Below, in pieces: positions 59,197 through 64,000 of a stretch of 64,000 nucleotides of DNA. A program made the position numbers and the translations under genes. This DNA is from Candidatus Hydrogenedentota bacterium. Its GTDB lineage: Bacteria > Hydrogenedentota > Hydrogenedentia > Hydrogenedentales > SLHB01. The stretch covers positions 928,001-992,000 of the forward strand of contig CAXXTH010000010.1 of assembly GCA_963668025.2 (NCBI GenBank), read 5' to 3'. Positions within the stretch are counted from its first letter, which is position 1. Every line of letters starts with the position of its first letter. The notes beneath the pieces were generated by a model. It did no database searches. It had not been told where the DNA came from and worked only from the letters and a program-made list of their open reading frames with translations.

Positions 59197-59819
59197 GATG
59201 CGTCCATTCCCGTAGGGGCAACCCCCCGTGGTTGCCCATTTTCCCGTGGTTGCCCATTTCCCTTTTCCCGGTCCATTTCCCATTGCGCCGGGTTATTCGC
59301 GATGTATTCCCGGATACGGTTCATTTCATTGTCGTCGCGGATGATATGTTCGTAATAATTGCGCTGCCACAATTTGCCCGGGAACGGACGCCATCCGTTC
59401 TGTTTGACCCCATCGACGTACCGTTTTGTAGACATGGTTTTGAAACGGTGGATGACATCCGGCAACGACAATGCCGCATTCCGCCGATCCCCCGTCGGGG
59501 CGGCCCCCCGTGGCCGCCCATCGCCAGGGCAGGCACAGGGGCCTGCCCCGACGATAACGATAATTCCGTGAATGTGGTTTGGCATGATTACGAATTCATC
59601 GGTTTCGATCCCGGAATAATTCGTAGGAATTTCATCCCACACCTGTTGAACCATCCGTCCTGCATCGTTCAACGCCATTTGGGGGCGGCCACAGGGGGCC
59701 GCCCCTACGATATGACCGAACATACATTCCCGGTTCTGGGTGCAAACCGTCACGAAATACGCCCCGGCCTGCGCATAATCGTAACACTGCAAACGGATGG
59801 AACGGCGGTGTTTCGTCAT
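59193..59819 (-). mobile_element. REP-associated tyrosine transposase (RAYT / TnpA-REP, HUH Y1)
   Basis: RRSIRL..YDY...GAYFVTVCT, IMPNHIHGI (HUH), WQRNYYEHIIR, YIANNP; 208 aa. Confidence 0.92.
59212..59708. repeat. Four GT(A/C)GGGGC-type REP palindromes inside the RAYT coding sequence
   Basis: 59212-59237 (+), 59494-59519 (+), 59527-59552 (-), 59683-59708 (-); consensus GT(A/C)GGGGC-RR-CCCCYGTG-NY-YGCCC. Confidence 0.85.
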
Positions 59820-59917
59820 GCCGGAACCTCCTTGCGCACGTCGATCTTGCCGGTGACCGTCGTGAGGTGGTGTTCGATGGCGGTTTTTAAGGCGTATTCC
59901 GTGTGCTGGGCTGGCAT
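59816..59917 (-). other. Chimeric mini-ORF (HsdR N-terminus fused to HsdS C-terminus); recombination scar
   Basis: MPAQHTEYALKTAIEHHLTT-VTGKIDVRKEVPA*; first part matches HsdR (HSEYAFETAIEHHLTTV), second matches the HsdS end (AVTGKIDVR). Confidence 0.88.
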
Positions 59918-59947
59918 CTCCATCCTTTCTGCAAGACCTAGAGGGCT

Positions 59948-61858
59948 TCAAACACCATACTCTACATAGGGCGTATCAGTTTCACGGACACTCGATTCGG
60001 AGGTATCGGCGTGGATCGTCTCCTTCAGAATCCTCAGAAAAGTCTCATTTCTGCTTTCCGCGTCATTGATCAATGTCTCATATGTCAGAACATAGAGATC
60101 GACAAGGAAAGGTTCGCCGCCTTCTTCCAGATATATTGGCTGAGGTTTGTAGAACATTGTCCCAAGGCTGAACAGCTCCTTGAATCCGTCTTCTTTTAGA
60201 GAGAGTCGGAACTCAGCGTCAATATCCGTGATCCCATAAAACCATATCCTATTGATCTTGTTCGGGTAGTAGGCCAAGAGCCGCCTTGCCCTCTGGCGAA
60301 GCTGGCTGATAACTTCCTCTTTCCTGGCTAGCGCCACACCGTGCCTTTTGAGTTCAACAACAACGATATCCACCTTTGGAGAGTCCGACGGATTCCCCGA
60401 AAAGACAAGCGTCAGGTCTGGGCGACCATCATCATCCTCGTCGCCGACTACTGCAATCTCTGCAATAACCTTTGTCATTTCTTCGTCACTCAAGATTGTC
60501 GTGTAGCTCATGTACTTGTCATCAAGCATCCATACATTGTTGTTGTAGACATCGCTAGGGAGTGTTGTGGTTCGGAACGTCCGCCGACGCGGCACGATCA
60601 AGTCATGTAGTTCGCCTTCGGTGTTTGTGTCATCCGTTGCTTTGAGCTTGCGTATGATATGGGTCCTATACAGGATGTACTCCATAAGGACACGGGCTGA
60701 CACTTCAAGCGCTTTGTCATACTGCTCTTCATCAAGCTGACTACATTCGAGAATCTCCCTCTGATCCTTGAAGAAGCCTCTCTGCGCCATCTCAATTACC
60801 TCATTGCGGATTAGAAGTCCAACGCTTTCAGGCGGGAAGTATCCCTCAAGGTGTGGGTACTTCGTAGCAAGCTCGTCACGTATACGATTGTTGTGTTCCG
60901 GGATCCTCGGTATCTTATCTCGAAGAATGCGTCCTACTTCGCGCCGAAGGACTATCTTCAGTTCCTTTTCTCTAGTTGCATCAAGCATGACAACCTGTTG
61001 CCTGGCAGGGTCAGTTGCCCCCTGAAACAAGCCGGAAGTGAACAGGAATATGCCTTGATATCCATCAGGAACCTGGTCAGAACTGACAAGATTGTATCGT
61101 TGCGTCCTTCCGTCGATGCAGAGAGCAGTGAGGAGTGACTTCGGCTTCGCCAGGTCATTCTCGACGGCATAGTGGATCTCTATGTGTTCCGCAAGATCTA
61201 CTCCGGGGGCCTCGATTCTGGTTGTATGAAGCTCGGGTATATCGGCTGGCTTGAGGCTAAGAGCTATAGAGCAGAAATCGTGATCAGGATTTGGCGTTGC
61301 GGTATCCAGGGAAATGTTTATCACAAGTTCGCTGCCGCTAGACTTCTTCTGAAACAGAATAGGGAAAAAGTTTCCAATCAGGGACTCCCGGATCTTCGCG
61401 GGGACTAAGCAGTCATAGCTGTTGAGGCGTTCGCCAGCGAAATCTCCGAATGTCAGGGTTGTTCCGAAGTCTGTACAAGACGTTTGCTTAATATCTGAAT
61501 CACCGGAGAAGTCTCTTGTGAAACAGAAGAAACGCTTTTCGTTGCCTGCATATATGCTTTCAACTTCAACTTTGCGGAAATATACCAGGAAGACTAAGCG
61601 GCCGAGTCCTTTGTGATCTTCGTTAGCAGTTTCCAGGAGATAGGAGAACCTCCGAAAGTTGTCCTCAGTGAACCCCTCTCCATTGTCCGATATCTTCACG
61701 CGAAGGGTATCAGGGTGGTTGAAAGCTTTTATGGATATCTCGATGTTGATCTTCGTTGCGCCAGCGTCGAACGCGTTGGCCACCGCCTCGAGATAAACTT
61801 GCTCATAGGAAGGGTTAGGATAGAAATGGGATATCGCGTTTGACAGATTGACGTTCAT
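59948..61858 (-). CDS. GHKL (MORC/HSP90-like) ATPase fused to a C-terminal PD-(D/E)XK-like nuclease
   Basis: EAVANAFDA, DNGEGF, KGLGR, GT Bergerat motifs; E..LH...RPDL...VVVELKR nuclease-like motif. Confidence 0.75.
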   Translation of the reverse strand: MNVNLSNAISHFYPNPSYEQVYLEAVANAFDAGATKINIEISIKAFNHPDTLRVKISDNGEGFTEDNFRRFSYLLETANEDHKGLGRLVFLVYFRKVEVESIYAGNEKRFFCFTRDFSGDSDIKQTSCTDFGTTLTFGDFAGERLNSYDCLVPAKIRESLIGNFFPILFQKKSSGSELVINISLDTATPNPDHDFCSIALSLKPADIPELHTTRIEAPGVDLAEHIEIHYAVENDLAKPKSLLTALCIDGRTQRYNLVSSDQVPDGYQGIFLFTSGLFQGATDPARQQVVMLDATREKELKIVLRREVGRILRDKIPRIPEHNNRIRDELATKYPHLEGYFPPESVGLLIRNEVIEMAQRGFFKDQREILECSQLDEEQYDKALEVSARVLMEYILYRTHIIRKLKATDDTNTEGELHDLIVPRRRTFRTTTLPSDVYNNNVWMLDDKYMSYTTILSDEEMTKVIAEIAVVGDEDDDGRPDLTLVFSGNPSDSPKVDIVVVELKRHGVALARKEEVISQLRQRARRLLAYYPNKINRIWFYGITDIDAEFRLSLKEDGFKELFSLGTMFYKPQPIYLEEGGEPFLVDLYVLTYETLINDAESRNETFLRILKETIHADTSESSVRETDTPYVEYGV

Positions 61859-63207
61859 GCTTCCCTCCTTAGAACTGACTCGTGAGGATCTCTTGAGTTC
61901 CGCACGTCGATCTTGCCCGTTACCGCTGCCGAGATAAGAGCTGTGCGGTATTCGCGGAGCGCCTCAATGCCCTTCGAAATCCTCTCAGATGTACAGTCCG
62001 TATGTTCTGTGCCGGACGAAATCACATCCGCAATTGCTCTTTGCTCCTGGATGGGCGGCACTGCTAGCCAGAAGTTCCGAATGGTCTCAACATTCACGTG
62101 TGGCGAAGTGGCCCCGATCACATCCTGTTCAGCCTGCCGGTAGACTATCGAAGCATTCAGTTGCCACATCAGGAAATCGGACTTCACTATTCCGGATAAT
62201 GCGCGAAACAGCATCATTCGTTGGGAAATGCACACCTCACAGCCGATAGGAACAAGTGCCGCCATTCCAAAGCGCTCGCCTTCACGGCTGTAAACGATGT
62301 CCATCGGCTTTGGTTTCAATCTGGATATTTGCCTACGGAAACTCTCCTCATCAACGCGACGGGCATCTTTCAGGTCGAGTCTTCCTGGACTCACGTCCGC
62401 TGTACGAATCGCTGGATAGGCGCCATCTTCAATGTAATCTGGCGTTGCATGGATGCAGTCAACTATATGTGAAGTGACATGCTTCAGGCGTTTTCGCTCC
62501 CAATGCGCCGGAATCTGGCCGAGCCATTCGATGCCGGAGTCTTTCATGGGGGCGTTGGGGTTGAGGCCTTTGGTGACGGCGTGGGAGATGAGGGCGGCGC
62601 GCTTTTCCTGGAGTAATTCGATCTGCCGCCGTTTCTTCTCGATCAACGCATCGATCCGCGCCGTCTCGCGGTCCAGAAACGCTGCGATGGCGCGTTGCTC
62701 GTCAAGCGGGGGTATGAGCGCGGGCAGATTACCGATGAAGTCCCAGTTCGCACGGGGCATCTTCGCCCCGTAGGTGGATGAATCTACAACTGAGACGAAG
62801 TCCGTATTAAGCATATAGCCCAGGAGGAACCTCTGGATGACATACTGCGGACGCAGGACGAGAAGCTCACCTGTACAGACACCATCCGAATCGGCAGCAT
62901 ACGCCTTGGCCAGATAAGGACGGAGCTTACCGAAGAGCACATCGCCGCGCCGGTACAGGTTTGCCTCTCCCTCACTTGTTGACTCTCCATTGGGGGTGAA
63001 CCGTTTGCCGGTCCATGACTCGATGTGCTCGAGCCCAGTGTAAGGTAGGTCGTTGTCTGCACCATCAACCTTCACGTTTACAAGATCAGCGGTGTACTTG
63101 AGACGCCGGACCTCCCAATGTTCCGGTACGTCGCCAAGCCAGGCCACGCCAGACGGCTTATACGTCGGGTAGGTTGCGCGTTTGTGTTTTCTTGCCCTTG
63201 CGGTCAT
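61855..63207 (-). CDS. hsdS: Type I restriction enzyme, specificity subunit
   Basis: Two TRDs with conserved KPSGVAWLGDVPEHW / KDSGIEWLGQIPAHW, PPL.EQRAIA and ALIS.AVT repeats. Confidence 0.96.
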   Translation of the reverse strand: MTARARKHKRATYPTYKPSGVAWLGDVPEHWEVRRLKYTADLVNVKVDGADNDLPYTGLEHIESWTGKRFTPNGESTSEGEANLYRRGDVLFGKLRPYLAKAYAADSDGVCTGELLVLRPQYVIQRFLLGYMLNTDFVSVVDSSTYGAKMPRANWDFIGNLPALIPPLDEQRAIAAFLDRETARIDALIEKKRRQIELLQEKRAALISHAVTKGLNPNAPMKDSGIEWLGQIPAHWERKRLKHVTSHIVDCIHATPDYIEDGAYPAIRTADVSPGRLDLKDARRVDEESFRRQISRLKPKPMDIVYSREGERFGMAALVPIGCEVCISQRMMLFRALSGIVKSDFLMWQLNASIVYRQAEQDVIGATSPHVNVETIRNFWLAVPPIQEQRAIADVISSGTEHTDCTSERISKGIEALREYRTALISAAVTGKIDVRNSRDPHESVLRREA

Positions 63208-64000
63208 CACGGCTTGCCCCCCTTGCGCCGATCTGGTTTCAGGTCTTTGGCCTGACCTTTACTCTTGGCCGGTTGTTTTCTCCGCTTGTTCTCCAGCGTT
63301 TTAGCGGAGTTCCGCAAGTCGTCCACATACCGCGTCTCGGCCTCTTCCTCCGCCTCGAGCCGCCGCCGCTCGGCGAAGGCATCGTACTGTCCCTCTGCCC
63401 ATTCGATGGCCGCTTCGCGGCTGACTTTGCCTGGCCCCGCGAGCACAGGAAGTTCCGTATCATTCAAAAACTTGTCGAGGAACGCTTCCCAGTCGCGCAT
63501 GCGGATATCCTGTCGCCGCTGGGCGCGGAATTCGGCCTGGTCGAGGAACATGACCGTGATGCGGTTTAGCGTGTCGATTTCTTTCGCGTCAAGGTAGTTC
63601 TTCGCGGTGGCGGCATCCCGCTTGAGCACCCGACCGCCTTTCCACGAGGCCAGGCCCATGTTGGCCTTTTCGGCGTCGGCGCGCCTGCGGATGATCTCTG
63701 CCGCCGTCAAGCCTGTCGCCGCGTAGTGGACCTTATTCTGCATGGTGGCGAAGAAGACTTGCGTTTCCTGTTCGCCTTCGCGGTAATCGCAAGCCAGTGC
63801 GAAGATCTCCCGAATGCGCTGGTATACCCGCGCCTCGCTGGCGCGAATCTCGCGGATACGGGCCAGCAACTCGTCAAAGTAGTCCGCCAGCCCTTTGCCA
63901 CCCTTAAGCCGTTCATCGTCGAGCGCAAACCCTTTGACCAGATACTCGCTCAACCGCGCCGTGGCCCACTGGCGGAACTGAATGCCGCGCGGGCTTTGAA
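63207..64000 (-). CDS. Virulence RhuM-family protein (5' truncated by window)
   Basis: SPRGIQFRQWATARLSEYLVKGFALDDERLK, DYFDELLARIREIRASE, QNKVHYA.TG.TAAE, AKNYL. Confidence 0.92.
   Translation of the reverse strand, partial: QSPRGIQFRQWATARLSEYLVKGFALDDERLKGGKGLADYFDELLARIREIRASEARVYQRIREIFALACDYREGEQETQVFFATMQNKVHYAATGLTAAEIIRRRADAEKANMGLASWKGGRVLKRDAATAKNYLDAKEIDTLNRITVMFLDQAEFRAQRRQDIRMRDWEAFLDKFLNDTELPVLAGPGKVSREAAIEWAEGQYDAFAERRRLEAEEEAETRYVDDLRNSAKTLENKRRKQPAKSKGQAKDLKPDRRKGGKP

Larger units (their letters stand above)
55634..64000. mobile_element. Putative tRNA-Arg-anchored genomic (defence) island, continuing past the window end
   Basis: Abrupt switch after the tRNA to type I R-M, RAYT, RhuM and GHKL-nuclease genes; TGTATCCC direct repeat at 55700-55719; no integrase in window. 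Confidence 0.55.

Noticed and set aside
59197-59283. N-terminal extension of HsdR (GKWATTGKWATT) in the ORF track
   Set aside because: It is an alternative reading of the RAYT 3' end and its REP duplication; the true start is the ATGA-coupled ATG at 59196
59820-59951. N-terminal extension of the RAYT in the ORF track
   Set aside because: RAYT homology begins at MTKHRRSIRL (59819); the upstream DNA is the hsdR::hsdS scar in another frame
61855-63207. Invertible hsdS shufflon
   Set aside because: Only one hsdS with two TRDs; no silent TRDs, inverted repeats or recombinase seen in the window

Overview
64-kb bacterial chromosomal window, probably Ca. Hydrogenedentota or a related PVC-like lineage (inferred from a DUF1559 prepilin with an FNHxPGGxNVLxMDGHVEF motif and from Ig-like and PVMG-tailed surface proteins). 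Four blocks: (1) 1-10 kb: pyruvate dehydrogenase genes aceE-aceF...lpdA interrupted by a frameshifted HEPN/MNT pair and an FGGY kinase-rhaM pair, with stacked intergenic repeats. (2) 10-21 kb: type IV pilus genes pilMNOPQ, dacA, an MshEN-bearing PilB-like ATPase and an HDOD protein. (3) 22-55.5 kb: a ~34-kb carbohydrate-utilisation locus (SSS and ABC transporters, GntR-LacI and DeoR regulators, 2 GH127-like, 2 clan GH-A, GH2, 2 beta-helix surface proteins, 2 SGNH esterases, epimerase/kinase/aldolase/dehydrogenases) with a pilin-like gene but no TonB/SusC porin. (4) 55.6-64 kb: tRNA-Arg(ACG) followed by a type I restriction-modification island. The most striking signal is between hsdS and hsdR: two cargo genes (a GHKL-ATPase/PD-(D/E)XK nuclease and a RAYT transposase) are separated by a 33-codon chimeric scar that fuses an HsdR N-terminus to an HsdS C-terminus. 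Each cargo gene is therefore a cassette bounded by direct repeats of hsdS-end or hsdR-start sequence. All calls come from reading the sequence and recognising motifs; no database searches were run.
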